33,755 bases of DNA from Malacoraja senta (Eukaryota), in NCBI GenBank assembly GCA_038087875.1, contig JAXLNO010000670.1, positions 1-33,755 on the forward strand. Reading direction: 5' to 3'. The notes beneath the pieces were generated by a model. That model searched no databases. It saw nothing but the letters and a program-made list of their open reading frames with translations, and was not told the DNA's origin. Shown one piece after another: positions 1-11,684 of the stretch (the first letter of the stretch is position 1; every line of letters begins with the position of its first letter). The translations under genes were made by a program, and so were the position numbers.

Positions 1-19
1 ATTTAGTTTACAGACACTG

Positions 20-230
20 CACGTTCTCCCCGTGACCTGCGTGGGTTTTCTCCGGGTGCTCTGGTTTCCCCCCCACGCTCATGTTTGTAGGTTAATTGTC
101 CCTCTGTAAATTGTCCTGAGCGTGTTGGGAATGGAAGGGAAAGTGGGAGAACAAAGAACTAGTGTGAACGAGTAATCGATGGTCGGCGTGGACTCGGTGG
201 GCCGAAGGGCCTGTTTCCATGCTGTTTCTC
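20..230 (+). mobile_element. HE1-type V-SINE, 3' part
   Basis: V-domain acgttctccccgtgacctgcgtgggttttctccgggtgctc and the tail gggccgaagggcctgtttcc. Confidence 0.8.
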
Positions 231-641
231 CATGGATTGTCACCTTGTCGTGGTGGAGAAGCTTGTGTGTGGTCCTGAGATCCTGAGAGCGATGCTGTCT
301 GGAGCTATGCTCCTGGTAGGGCCACCCATGGCGGTAAGGTCGAGGGGGAGGTCTCTGACAAAGAGCAATCCAACCAAGACCTCAACGGTGGAACAGGCGG
401 AGGACGATGGCTGACCTTAGTGGAGCGTCACGACGGCTGGGAAGGCGGATGAAGGCTGCAGCAGAAAAGGGTCTCCGGTCGTCTTGGACTCCATGCCACT
501 GGATCCTGACCCAGATCTGTCAAGGACCGTGGGGTGGCTGTCTGTGCACCAGTCTCCCCACGTTAAACAGGCGTCCTCCATATAGGGAATAGCACCCTGG
601 AGACACCCATGATCAGCCACGACCGAAGGGGGCCTAAGAAG
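231..641 (+). mobile_element. Short non-autonomous RTE-derived element
   Basis: The 5' part (catggattgtcaccttgtcgtggtggag...ggtagggccacccatggc...ctgacaaag) resembles RTE/BovB-type 5' UTRs as I recall them. It ends in taagaag and splits an HE1 tail (gctgtttctc | atctctagactaaa). Confidence 0.65.
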
Positions 642-864
642 ATCTCTAGACTAAATTATATCTCCTCTGCAGAGAGACACAAAGTGCTGGAGTGACATAG
701 CAGGCCAGGTAGCATCTTTGGAGAAAAGGATAGGGCCCATCGTCTGATATTTTGTGTGTAAGTGTGTGCGCAGTTGAGTTTAGAGATACAGCATGGAAAC
801 AGGCCCTTCAACCCACCGAGTCCATGGATCACTCACTCATACTATTTCTATACTATCCCACTAC

Positions 865-2262
865 CTCTTCTCCCCTCTCCCGTCAGCCAAGAGGTACAGA
901 AGTGTGAAAATGCACAGCTCCAGAATCAGGGACAGTTTCTTCCCAACTGTTATCAGGTAACTGAATCATCCTACCACCAACTAGAGAGCGGTCCTGAATT
1001 ACTATCCAGCTCATTGGAGACCATCTTTGATCGGACTTTACAGGACTTTATCTTGCACTAAATGTTATTTACATTATTCCCTTTATCATGTATCTGTACA
1101 CTGTGGACGGCTCGATTGTAATCATGTATTGTAGGTATGTTACAAAACTTACCTTCAGTCGTGCTGTAATTCTGCCACTGGCCATGTGCGCGATTTTGGC
1201 GCCTTTAAGGGGGGGGCGGGGTTAAAACGCGGGTTTCTCCTCCCTTGTCCTGGTTAATATTTTGTTGGAGTACAAGCGTTGGCTGAAGAATCGTTCCTAG
1301 TGGCGTTTTGTGTATTTTTTATTTTTATTAAATCGTCAATGTCAGCGCTAGAGTAATTTTAAAAGCAGCTCCTGAAGCGTCAACGCCGATGACGGGGATG
1401 GATTTCACACACGGGACAGGTAAACGAAAGTGGTTTCTTTAAATGTATAAAAGTGCTTCTTAAGAAGCCTTTAATTCACATTTTTTCATGCGACACGGTG
1501 ATTTTATTCCCCAAACTAACGGCAGTATTTTTCATGCCAATACGGGGTTAAATTCACCGCAAATGAACGTTCCAAAAGATCGTGTTCCAGAAATCCTCAC
1601 TCACAAGATGATTTAAATCCCCATTAATTTACAGGTATTAAACATTCAATTCCTTCCATTTGGCCTGTAAATTCATGAAAATGAGATTTTAAAATTATGT
1701 TATATTGTGAATTATTGTGTGAATGTTATTTGGACACTTAGGATAATTTTAAAAATGTTAATCTATTCTTAAGAAATTGATAGATGTTTAGATCTAGTAA
1801 TTGAATTTTGTAATTAGCTACAATTAGGTAACTAACTAATTATATGCTTTACTTTCATGTCTTCTAAGTAAGATTGTTTCATATTTGTTTCAGAATGCTT
1901 CAATCTATAATAACTGAAAATTTCTTTCAGTTATCTTAATTTTTAAGAAAGTTATGGGCTTTTAACTGTCCTCGATCACAGCTTTTGTGTTAAGTCAATG
2001 GAAAAGCAATAGGGAACAAGATGCTAATTTCCGAGTATGAAAATGGCCATAACGTCTTTAATACTGAAGATATGAAAGTGAATTAGGTGTCAAATTAAAC
2101 TTCTTTTTATGCTTTATCTGATGGGATAAATTGCAGACTTTATTTTTAAAATCTCAAAATTTTGTAACATTGCTATGTATTGTCTTTCCGCTGACTGGTT
2201 AGCACGCAACAAAAGCTTTTCACTGTACCTCGGTACACGTGACCAGAAACTAAACTAAACTC
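865..2262 (+). mobile_element. Rex1/Babar-like LINE 3' end, interrupted by the DNA transposon
   Basis: Homologous to 28085-28505, with a (ctaaa)n tail near 2248-2260. Confidence 0.75.
1133..2174. mobile_element. Non-autonomous DNA transposon with short TIRs and a 9-bp TSD
   Basis: Ends aggtatgttacaaaa / ttttgtaacattgct. Direct repeat atgtattgt at 1124-1132 and 2175-2183. It interrupts a Rex1-like 3' UTR that is intact near 28411-28450. AT-rich, no ORF. Confidence 0.8.
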
Positions 2263-2319
2263 ACTTTCCCAACTACTCTCTAAACACTAAGTGTCATTTT
2301 CTACCTGCTCTATATAAGT

Positions 2320-2970
2320 TCACGTGATAGGACCAGAATTAGGCCATTCGGCCCATCAGGTCTACTCCGCCATTCAATCGTGGCTGATCTCAACCCCATT
2401 CTCCTGCCTTCTCCCCATAACCCCTGACACCCGCACTAATCAAGAATCTGTCAATCCCCACCTTAAAAATATCCACTCACTTGGCCTCCACATCCGTCTG
2501 TGGCAATGAAGTCCGCAGATTCACCGCCCTCTGACTAAAGAAATTCCTTCTATTCTCCTTATCAAAGGTACATCCTTTAATTCTGAGGCTGTGGCCTCTG
2601 GTCCTAGACTCTCCCACTGGTGGAAACATCCTCTCCACAGCCACTCTATCCAGGCCTTTCACTATTCGGTAAGTTTCAGTGAGGTCCCCCCCGTATCCTT
2701 CTAAACTCCAGCGAGTACAGGCCCAGTGTCGTCAACTGCTCATCAAATGTATCCAAATCATCCTTGCGAAAATCCTCATAAACCTCCTCAGGAATCTTTC
2801 CATCCATCCTCAGATACGGTGCTCAAAACTGCTCACAATACTCCAAATACAGTCTGACCAGCGCCTTATAGAGCCTCAGCAATACATCTCTGTTTGTATA
2901 TTCTAGTCCTCTCGAATGACTAATGAAATTCCTCCTCATCTCCTTCCTAAAGGAACATCCTTTAATTCTA
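2320..2970 (-). mobile_element. HER1/CR1 LINE 3' fragments
   Basis: Peptides KGLDRVAVERMFP, SRTRGHSLRIKG and LYKALVRLYLEYCEQF. Confidence 0.85.
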
Positions 2971-4432
2971 AGGTACACAAAAATGCTGGAGAAACTCAGC
3001 GGGTGCAGCAGCATCTATGGAGCGAAGGAAATAGGCAACGTTTCGGGCCGAAACCCTTCTTCAGACTGATAGGGGGTGGGGAGAAGAAAGGAAAAAAGGA
3101 AAAAGGCGGAGGAGGGGCCTGAGGGCTGGGGGCTGGGGGAGGGGAGGAGACACCAGAGGGCTGATGAAGGGGAGGGGACAGCAAGGGCTAGCAGAATTGG
3201 GAGAATTCAATGTTCAAGCCCCCAGGATGTAGCCTGCCCAAGCGGAATATGAGGTGCATTTCCTCCAATTTACGGTGTTGCTCGCTGTGGCCATGGAGGA
3301 GACCCAGGACAGAGAGGTCAGATACGGAATGGGAGGGGGAGTTGAAGTGCTGAGCCACCGGGAGGTCAGGTTGGTTATTGCGGACCGACCGGAGGTGTTC
3401 GGCGAAACGATCGCCAAGCCTCCGCTTGGTCTCACCGATGTAGATCAGCTGGCATCTAGAGCAGCGGATGCAATTGATAAGGTTGGAGGAGATGCAGGTG
3501 AACCTCTGTCGCACCTGGAACGACTGCTTGGGTCCCTGAATGGAGTGGAGGGGGAGGTGAAGGGACAAGTGTTGCATCTCTTGTGGTTGCAAGGGAAAGT
3601 ACCAGGGGAGGGGTGGTATGGGAGGGAAGGGAAGAATTGACAAGGGAGTTACGGAGGGAGCGGTCTTTGCGGAAGGCAGACATGGGGGGAGATGGGAAGG
3701 TGTGGCGAGTGGTGGGGTCACGTTGGAGGTGGCGAAACTGACGGAGGAAGAAGTGTAGTCCAGATAGCCATGGGAGTCGGTAGGTTTGTAGTGGATGTCG
3801 GTAAGGAGTCTATCACCTTCGATGGAGATAGTGAGGTCAAGGAATGGTAGGGAAGTGTCGGAAATGGTCCAGGTGTATTTGAGTGCCGGATGGAAGTTGG
3901 TGGTGAAACGGATGAAGTCAGTCAGTTGTGTGTGGGTGCAGGATGTGGCACCAAAACAATCATCGATGTAGCGGAGGTAGAGGTCGGGGATGGGGCCCTG
4001 GTACGCATTGAACAAGGATTGTTCTACGTACCCGACAAAGAGGCAGGTGTAGCTGGGGCCCATGCGTGTGCCCATAGCTACGCCTTGTATTTGGAGGAAA
4101 TGGGAGGAGTCAAATGAAAAGTTATTAAGTGTAAGTACCAGCTCCGCTAGGCGGAGGAGGGTTTCAGTGGCCGGGTATAGGTTGCTTCTTCGGTCGAGGA
4201 AAAACGGAGGGGCTTCGAGACCATCCTGGTGGGGGATGGAGGTGTACAATGACTGGACGTCCATGGTGAAGATGAGGGGGTGAGGGCCTAGAGAGTGGAA
4301 TGCGCGGAGACGACGGAGAGTGTCTGAGGTGTCTTTAACATAGGTAGGGAGGGATTTGACCAAGGGGGATAGGATGGAGTCGAGGTAGGCGGAGATGAGT
4401 TCGGTGGGGCACGAACAGGCAGAGACAATGGG
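2971..4432 (-). mobile_element. 5'-truncated Penelope-like element (Neptune type) with TSD
   Basis: RT and GIY-YIG remnants followed by the terminal repeat with a hammerhead-like motif. Flanked by the 13-bp direct repeat tcctttaattcta at 2958-2970 and 4433-4445. Confidence 0.88.
3188..4430 (-). pseudogene. Penelope RT plus GIY-YIG endonuclease, internally deleted and frameshifted
   Basis: RT motifs TMDVQSLYTSIPH, GVAMGTRMGPSY, YLRYIDD, LPFLDL and YKPTD. Endonuclease region CIRCSRCQLIYIGETKRRL...EH...HFN and GLN. The linker is out of frame (AFRKDRSLRNSLV lies in another frame). Confidence 0.88.
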
Positions 4433-4645
4433 TCCTTTAATTCTATATTTCTATCTCCTCTGCGCCCACTTCAGTACGATCACATCCTTCCAACAGTGGG
4501 GCGACCAGAACTTTATGTGCCATTCTTAATTGTTACTGTATGTTAAGTTGTTACTTGCGAGCGGAGCACCAAAGCAAATTCCTTGTATGTGTACATACTC
4601 GGCCAATAAACTTATTCATTCATTCATTCATTCAGTCCTCCCAGC

Positions 4646-5582
4646 CGGCGGCATGGTGACGCAGCGGTAGAGTTGCTGCCATACAGCGCCAGGGACCCGG
4701 GTTCGATCCTGACCGCGGCTGCTGTCTGTACGGAGTTTGTACGTTCTCCCCGCGACCGCGTAGGTTTCCTCCGAGATATTCGGTTTTAGACAAAAGACAA
4801 TAGACAATAGACAATAGGTGCAGGAGTAGGCCATTCGGCCCTTCGAGCCAGCACCGCCATTCAATGTGATCGTGGCTGATCATCCCCAATCAGTACCCCG
4901 TTCCTGCCTTCTCCCCATATCCCCTGACTCCGCTATCTTTAAGAGCCCTATCCAGCTCTCTCTTGAAAGCATTTTCCTCCCACACTCCAAAGACGTGCAG
5001 GGTTGTAGGTTAATTGGCTTCGGTGAAATTGTAAATTGTCCACAGTGTGTGCAGGATAGTGCTACTTGACAAATAATTGACAAACCAGAATTATTGACTA
5101 GAATATGGTCTCCATTTATAGGTTATTTGAAGTGGTAGATTGGGCCGGCGCGGAAGCCTGACTGAAACTTGAATCCAGGACAAGATGAATAGTTATGTTC
5201 TCTGACCTACGGACCTATCTCCTAAGTTGTATTATTGACAGTCTATTCTATTTTTCTAATTTTCTTTTTTTCTCTTTATTTTTTCTATCTATAAATATAA
5301 ATAAACAATTAGAGTCAATGTTAATATGTAGCCGATAAATGAGGACCCCAGCTACTTTGGTAGCTGGGTCCCTGGAATCCTGGATACTGATAATATGTAA
5401 TCGTTAAACAAAGTTTGTATTGGTTTGGATTGTGATATGCATATGCTTCTAATAAAAAATTAAAATATATATTTTTTTAAATAGAAGGTTAGTGCTGGTG
5501 TGCGGGGATCGCTGGTCGGCGCGGACTCGGCGGGCCCAAGGGCCTGTTTCCGCGCTGTATATCCAAACCAAACCTAAACTAA
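4646..5582 (+). mobile_element. HE1-type V-SINE interrupted twice (HER1 3' end at ~4788-4970, L1 3' end at ~5064-5485)
   Basis: tRNA-like head with A box (tggtgacgcagcgg) and B box (ggttcgatcc), V-domain and tail. The parts are collinear once the inserts are removed. Confidence 0.8.
5064..5485 (+). mobile_element. L1-type LINE 3' end
   Basis: Encodes ...KPELLTRIWSPFIGYLKW*, then an AT-rich UTR, aataaa and an A-rich tail. Direct repeat aggatagtgct / aggttagtgct at 5053-5063 and 5486-5496. Confidence 0.65.
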
Positions 5583-5902
5583 GTGCGCCCCAACTATGGT
5601 TTTATTAAGTTGCAAAGCTTCACAGGTTGGAGTTGGCCAAACGATCGGTGGGAGATGTTTCACAGTTGGAGCGAGGCTGGAATGTTGAGAAAGAAAGGAA
5701 TTAATGGGACTGGGTAAACAATGGAACAAAAATAGACCTGACAGCAGAGGTCAGGAGTTGATATTGAAGAGTTTTATGTGGTTTTAATTTAGATTTGGTT
5801 ACAGAGTGATTTATGTAAATAGGCTGCCGTCCAGATATTGTACATCAATCAGTCTCCAAATGGAATTTGGACAAAATGCAGCCCTGAAGAAAGCGGATAG
5901 AC

Positions 5903-6860
5903 AGTGTACAAAATCCTGAGAGGAATAGGTCGGGTAGACGCACACAGTCTCTTTCCCAGAGTAGGGGAATCGAGAACCAGAGGACATAGGTTCAAGGTCA
6001 AGGGGAAAAGATTTAATAGGGATCTGAGGGGTAACTTTTTCACAATAAGGGAGGTGGGTGTATGGAACAAGCTGCCGGAGGAATGCAGAATATTTACCTG
6101 GATGTTGCTAGGACTAGAGGGTGTGAGCTAGAGGGAGAGGTTGAGAAGCCTGGGACCTGCATCTATGAGTGCAGGAGCATGGTTCCTTGAAGGTCGAGTC
6201 GCAGGTAGATAAGGTGGTCAAAAAGGCTTTTGGCACTTTGGCCTTGATCAGTCAGAGTATTGAGTATAGAAGTTGGGAGGTCATGTTGCAGTTGTATAAA
6301 ATGTTGGTGAAACCGCATTTAAAGTATGGTGTTCAGTTCTGTGCACCATGTTATAGGAAAGATGTTGTCAAGCTTGAAAGGGTTCAGAGAAGATTTACAA
6401 GGATGTTGCCAGGACTAGAGGGTCCGAGCTATTGGGAGAGGTTGACGAGGCTGGGACTCTATTCCTTGCAGGAGGATGAGGGGTGATCTTACAGAGGTGT
6501 ACAAAATCATGAGAGGAATAGATCGGGTAGATGCACAGAGTCTCTTGCCCAGAGTAGGGGCATCGAGGACCAGAGGACATATGTTCAAGATGAAGGGGAA
6601 AAGATTTAATAGGAATTTGAGGGATAACATTTTCACACAAAGGGTGGTGGGTGTGTGGAACATGCTGCTGGAGGAGGTAGTTGAGGCTGGGACTATCCCA
6701 ATGTTAAAGAAACAGTTAGACATGTACATGGATAGGACAAGTTTGAGAGATATGGGCCAAACGCAGGCAGGTGGGACTAGTGTAGATGGGGCATGTTGGC
6801 CGGTGTGGGCAAGTTGGGCCGAAGGGCCTGTTTCCACGCTGTATCACTCTATGACTCTAT
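5903..6860 (+). mobile_element. HER1/CR1 LINE ORF2 C-terminal fragments and 3' UTR
   Basis: [44 protein letters not shown] and RTRGH. Confidence 0.88.
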
Positions 6861-7395
6861 CTGCATGTCCTCAGCATCCCGTGATGCATGTTCTTAGAGT
6901 CATAGAGTCGTGCAGCACGAAACAGGTGGAAGATTGCAACCTTCACGTGGTCTGCCCTGTTTCGACTAATGCAATCAACTTTTTTTTAATTTTTAATATT
7001 TTAATTTTATTAAAAGTAAGTACAATTGTATACAATCATATTTCCATAATTCCTTTTATGTACAGCTTCTTATTTAAAAAAAAATTTGAAATAAAGGAGA
7101 TAAAGAAAAAAGTTAATGAAAAATAGAAAAATGTGAGATATATAGTGTGTGAAAATCAACCTGACGTGCACAAACAAATAGATCAAATAGAACAAGTTGA
7201 CCTACATCTTTGGGCTGTGCAGGCCATACGCAAGATGAAGAAGACAGCACGAAACAGCCCCTTCGGCCCCATTCGTCCATTGCTGATCAACATGTCCCAT
7301 CCACACGTCCCATTTGCCCACGTTTGGCTCACGTACCTCTAAACCTGTCCGATCCATGTTCCAGTCAGTAAATACCGACTCAATGAACTGCAGGT

Positions 7396-7676
7396 TTAGA
7401 CTTTCGACGTTAGAGATACAGCATGGAAACAGGCCCTTCTGCCCGCCCTGTACACTTCTACTATCCTACACACTAGGGACAATGTTACAAGGTACAGAAG
7501 CCAATTAACTTTCAAACTTGCGCGCCTTTGGAGTGCGGGAGGAAACCGGAGCGCCCGGAGAAAACCCACGCAGGTCACGGGGGGAACGTACAAACTCCGT
7601 ACAGACGGCACCTGATGTCAAGATTGGACCTTGGTTTCTGGCGCTGTGAGGTAGCGGCTCTAACGCTCCGCCACCG
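7396..7676 (-). mobile_element. HE1-type V-SINE
   Basis: Reverse complement of head, V-domain and tail. Confidence 0.8.
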
Positions 7677-8384
7677 TGGACTCGTCAACGCCTTACACAA
7701 CTGCAACATGGGCACCCACGTTCTATACTCGATACTCTGACTGATGAAGGTTAAATTGCCAAAAGCTATTTTGACCACCCTATCTACCTAGGGGTCAGGG
7801 GATATGGGGAGAAGGCAGGAACGGGGTACTGATTGGGATGATCAGCCATGATCACATTGAATGGCGGTGCTGGCTCGAAGGCCGAATGGCCTACTCCTGC
7901 ACCTATTGTCTATTGTCTATTGTCTATTGTCTATTGTCTATTGTCTACGAACCCTACCAGTATCAAGGAGCTCTCCCTGCAGCTCAGGCCCTCATGACAG
8001 ACGCCTCCTCGTGGCGATCCCCGGAAGCGAAGACACAATGCACTCTGTGACGCGTCGGGCGACGATTCTGTCAACGCGTTGGACGCCGACAGAAGCCAAC
8101 AGCGAGCTACACATCGTCCGACACACGAGCGGACGAGGCCCTCGAGTCCTGGCAACATCCTCGTAAATCTCCCCTGCACTCTTTCCATCTCGACGACATC
8201 CCTCCCTGCAGCAGGGTGACCAAAAACTGAACACAATACTCCAGGTGAGGCCACGCCATCGTGTTGTATGACAGTAACATGAGGTCCCGACTTTGACACA
8301 ACACCCTGACTGAAGAGGTGCAGAACATAGTGTTTCAGCGTTTCTCTTCCAGAGGCCATCACTCTTCCTGCTGTCTGCTTGCGC

Positions 8385-8423
8385 GTGTGTGTGTGTGTGT
8401 GTGTGTGTGGGGGGGGGGGGGGG
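8385..8423 (+). repeat. (GT)n microsatellite joined to a G run
   Basis: Directly visible in the sequence. Confidence 0.9.
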
Positions 8424-8588
8424 AACCATTCCCCATCCATCCATTCTTGCGGACTGCTCCCTCCGGGGCCTCACCCGCTAACCCCCTCCAAACTACTGGG
8501 CCTGCACGACAACAGGAGTTGAACGATTGTGGGAGACTCAACAATCACCTCCTACCATCCAAGATGGAGAAACTGGGAGAAGCTCAGT

Positions 8589-8854
8589 TAGACAATAGAC
8601 AATAGGTGCAGGAGTAGGCCATTCGGCCCTTCGAGCCAGCACCGCCATTCAATGTGATCATGGCTGATCATCCCCAATCAGTACCCCGTTCCTGCCTTCT
8701 CCCCATATCCCCTGACTCCGCTATCTTTAAAAGCCCTATCTAGCTCTCTCTTGAAAGTATCCAGAGAACCTGCCTCCACCGCCCTCTGAGGCAGAGAATT
8801 CCACAGACTCACAACTCTCTGTGAGAAAAAGTGTTTCCTGGTCTCCGTTCTAAA
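8589..8854 (-). mobile_element. HER1/CR1 3' end with (CTATTGT)n tail
   Basis: tagacaatagacaataggtgcaggagtaggccattcggccc... Similar copies lie at 4788-4970, 7790-7946 and 28560-28910. Confidence 0.85.
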
Positions 8855-10307
8855 TCAAGTCAAGTCAAGTCACATTTATTTCTATAGCACATTTAAAAAA
8901 CAACTCTTGTTGGCCAAAGTGCTTTACATTTGTTATAAGAATAGTATAAACAAACAAACTACATACATATATACATGTAGCCCTCACTCAGAGGACGTCA
9001 AGAAAGGCTTGGGAGTATAGATAAGTTTTTAGTCTTGACTTAAAGGAGTCGATGGAGGGGGCAGTTCTGATGGGAAGGGGGATGCTGTTCCACAGTCTAG
9101 GGGCTGCAACCGCAAAGGCGCGGTCGCCCCTGAGCTTATGCCTAGACCGTGGGATATTCAGCAACCCCAAGTCGGCCGATCTGAGGGGCCTGGAGGTGGA
9201 GTGGTGGGTGAGAAGACTTTTTATGTAGGTGGGGGCAAGCCCATTGAGGGCTTTGTAGACATGGAGGAGGATCTTGAAGTTTATACGGAACCGCACAGGG
9301 AGCCAGTGGAGAGAGGCCAGGATCGGGGTGATGTGGTCCCTTTTTCCGGTGCCCGTCAGGAGTCTCGCTGCGGCGTTTTGGACCAGTTGCATGCAGGACA
9401 GGGAAGATTGGCTGATGCCAGTGTAAAGGGAGTTGCTGTAATCTAGGCGGGAGGAGATAAATGTGTGGATGATCTTTTCGAGGTCATCAAAGTGGAGGAA
9501 TTGTTTTATTTTAGCTATCGTCCGAAGCTGAAAGAAGCTAGCTTTTACCACGGCATTGACTTGTTTGTCAAATTTCAGTGCTGAGTCAAATATCACGCCA
9601 ATGTTTTGGACGTGAGGTTTGAGTAGTGGGGTAAGGCTTCCAAGGCTGCCTGCTATCATTTTGATTGAGTCCGAGGGGCCGAGAAGGATGACCTCAGACT
9701 TACTCTCGTTTAGTTGGAGGAAGTTCTGGGCCATCCAACACTTTATATCCTCGAGGCAGTGGGTAAGGTTAAGCAGATTTGATTGTTTTTTGGGCTTCAG
9801 GGGGAGATAGATTTGTGTATCGTCTGCGTAGCAATGGAAGGAAATGCCGTGCCTTTCAATGACTTGGCCTAAGGGGAGCATATACAGGGAGAAGAGAATG
9901 GGGCCAAGGATGGAACCTTGTGGAACCCCACAGCAGAGATTAGCTGGGGAGGAGAAAGAGTTGCCTATGTTAGTCGAGAAACTCCTACCCTTGAGGTAGG
10001 AGATGAACCAGCTCAGGGCAGTGCCATCAATACCAACCCCGTACCAGAGACGGTCAATTAGGATGGTGTGGTCGACAGTATCAAATGCTGCGCTGAGGTC
10101 AAGAAGGAGCAGGATTGCACAGTCGCTGGAGTCAACGGTGAGCAGTAGGTCATTATGTACCTTCAACAAGGCAGACTCTGTGCTGTGGTGAGCCCTGAAA
10201 CCTGATTGGAAAGTTTCCAAGATAGTGTTTTGGTGAAGGTAAGGCATAAGTTGACTTAAAATTACCTTTTCAAGGGCTTTTGAGAGGAAAGGCAGTTTAG
10301 AGTCTGT
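8855..10307 (-). mobile_element. 5'-truncated L2-clade LINE
   Basis: RT ORF and an L2-type 3' end (tgtaaagcactttg...tgtgctatagaaataaa) with a (TTGAC)n tail at 8855-8872. Confidence 0.9.
8988..10300 (-). pseudogene. L2 reverse transcriptase, C-terminal ~435 codons still open
   Basis: SKLPFLSKALEK, FQSGFRAHHSTESAL, LLLLDLSAAFDTVDH, GVPQGSILGP, YADDTQIY, LVQNAAARLL, LHWLPV and APRLWNSIP. The first ~18 aa of the listed ORF come from flanking DNA. Confidence 0.88.
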
Positions 10308-10319
10308 AGGCTGGGAAAA

Positions 10320-11050
10320 GGGGAAGTACAATGGGATCTGGAGGTCCTTGTTCATCAGTAAATGAAAGTAAGCATGCAGGTACAGCAGGCAGTGAAGAAA
10401 GCGAATGGCATGTTGGCCTTCATAACAAGAGGAGTTGAGTATAGGAGCAAAGAGGTCCTTCTGCAGTTGTACAGGAGCCTAGTGAGACCACACCTGGAGT
10501 ATTGTGTGCAGTTTTGGTCTCCAAATTTGAGGAAGGATATTCTTGCTATTGAGGGAGTGCAGCGTAGGTTTACAAGGTTAATTCCCGGGATGGCGGGACT
10601 GTCATATGCTGAGATAATGGAGCGGCTGGGCTTGTATACTCTGGAATTTAGAAGGATGAGAGGATATCTTATTGAAACATATAAGATTATTAAGGGTTTG
10701 GACACGCTAGAGGCAGGAAACATGTTCCCGATGTTGGGGGAGTCCAGATCCAGGGGCCACAGTTTAAGAATAAGGGGTAAGCCATTTAGAACGGAGATGA
10801 GGAAACACTTTCACACAGAGAGTTGTGAGTCTGTGGAATTCTCTGCCTCAGAGGGCGGTGGAGGCCGGTTCTCTGGATACTTTCAAGAGAGAGCTAGATA
10901 GGGCTTTTAAAGATAGCGGAGTCAGGGGATATGGGGAGAAGGCAGGAACGGGGTACTGATTGGGGATGATCAGCCATGATCACATTGAATGGCGGTGCTG
11001 GCTCGAAGGGCCGAATGGCCTACTCCTGCACCTATTGTCTATTGTCTATT
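10320..11050 (+). mobile_element. HER1/CR1 LINE, 3' ~730 bp
   Basis: QQAVKKANGMLAFI...[19 protein letters not shown]...RRFTRLIPG, then the 3' UTR and a ctattgt tail. Confidence 0.9.
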
Positions 11051-11684
11051 GATGCAGACAGGAAGAACACTCCAAAGACGTACAGGTTTGTAGGTTAACT
11101 GGCTTGGTATAAAAGTGTGCAAATTGTCCCTCGTACAGTCTTAGTGTGCGTGGTGATCTCTGGTCGGGTGTCAGGGGTTATAGGGAGGTGGGCCGAAGGG
11201 CCTGTTTCCGCGCTGTATCTCTACAATTAAACTCGCCGCTGCTCATGTTTCACACAAGTGACAACGAGGGGAAGATTGGTGAGAGGAGGTTTTACTCGGT
11301 TCTCCTGGGGCTTTCTTTGGAGTTCATTTTCAATTCACTTCTGTCGTTGTCTCATTCATCCATCTCAATTTTGCACTGAGCCTCCCCCTCACGCTCCTGG
11401 TGGTTAATGTGGATCAGATGCTCACATCTGAAAGATGTCTACCTCCCTGCCTTTACCACCAAGCCACCAAGGGTAACAATGTCAAACCAACTTCGCTCAA
11501 GATCCCAGCATAAGTGATAGCAGCAGAATTAGGCCATTCGGCCCATCGAGTCCACTCTACGCCATTCAATCATGGCTGTTCTACCTTTCCCTCTCAACCA
11601 CATTCTCCTGCCCCCTCCCTATAACCCCTGACACCCGTATTAATCAAGAATATGTCAATCTCCGCCTTAACGATATCCATTGAT

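Noticed and set aside
4646..4720. tRNA gene (A and B boxes)
   Set aside because: It is the tRNA-derived head of an HE1 SINE followed directly by the V-domain. The same applies at 14149, 18637 and 27633.
6476..7126. 216-aa ORF as a host gene
   Set aside because: It is a chimera of the HER1 C-terminus, 3' UTR and unrelated repeat tails.
8589..11050. TIR- or LTR-bounded autonomous element encoding an RT
   Set aside because: The inverted ends are ordinary HER1 3' UTRs, no outer TSD is seen, and the RT belongs to a separately tailed L2.
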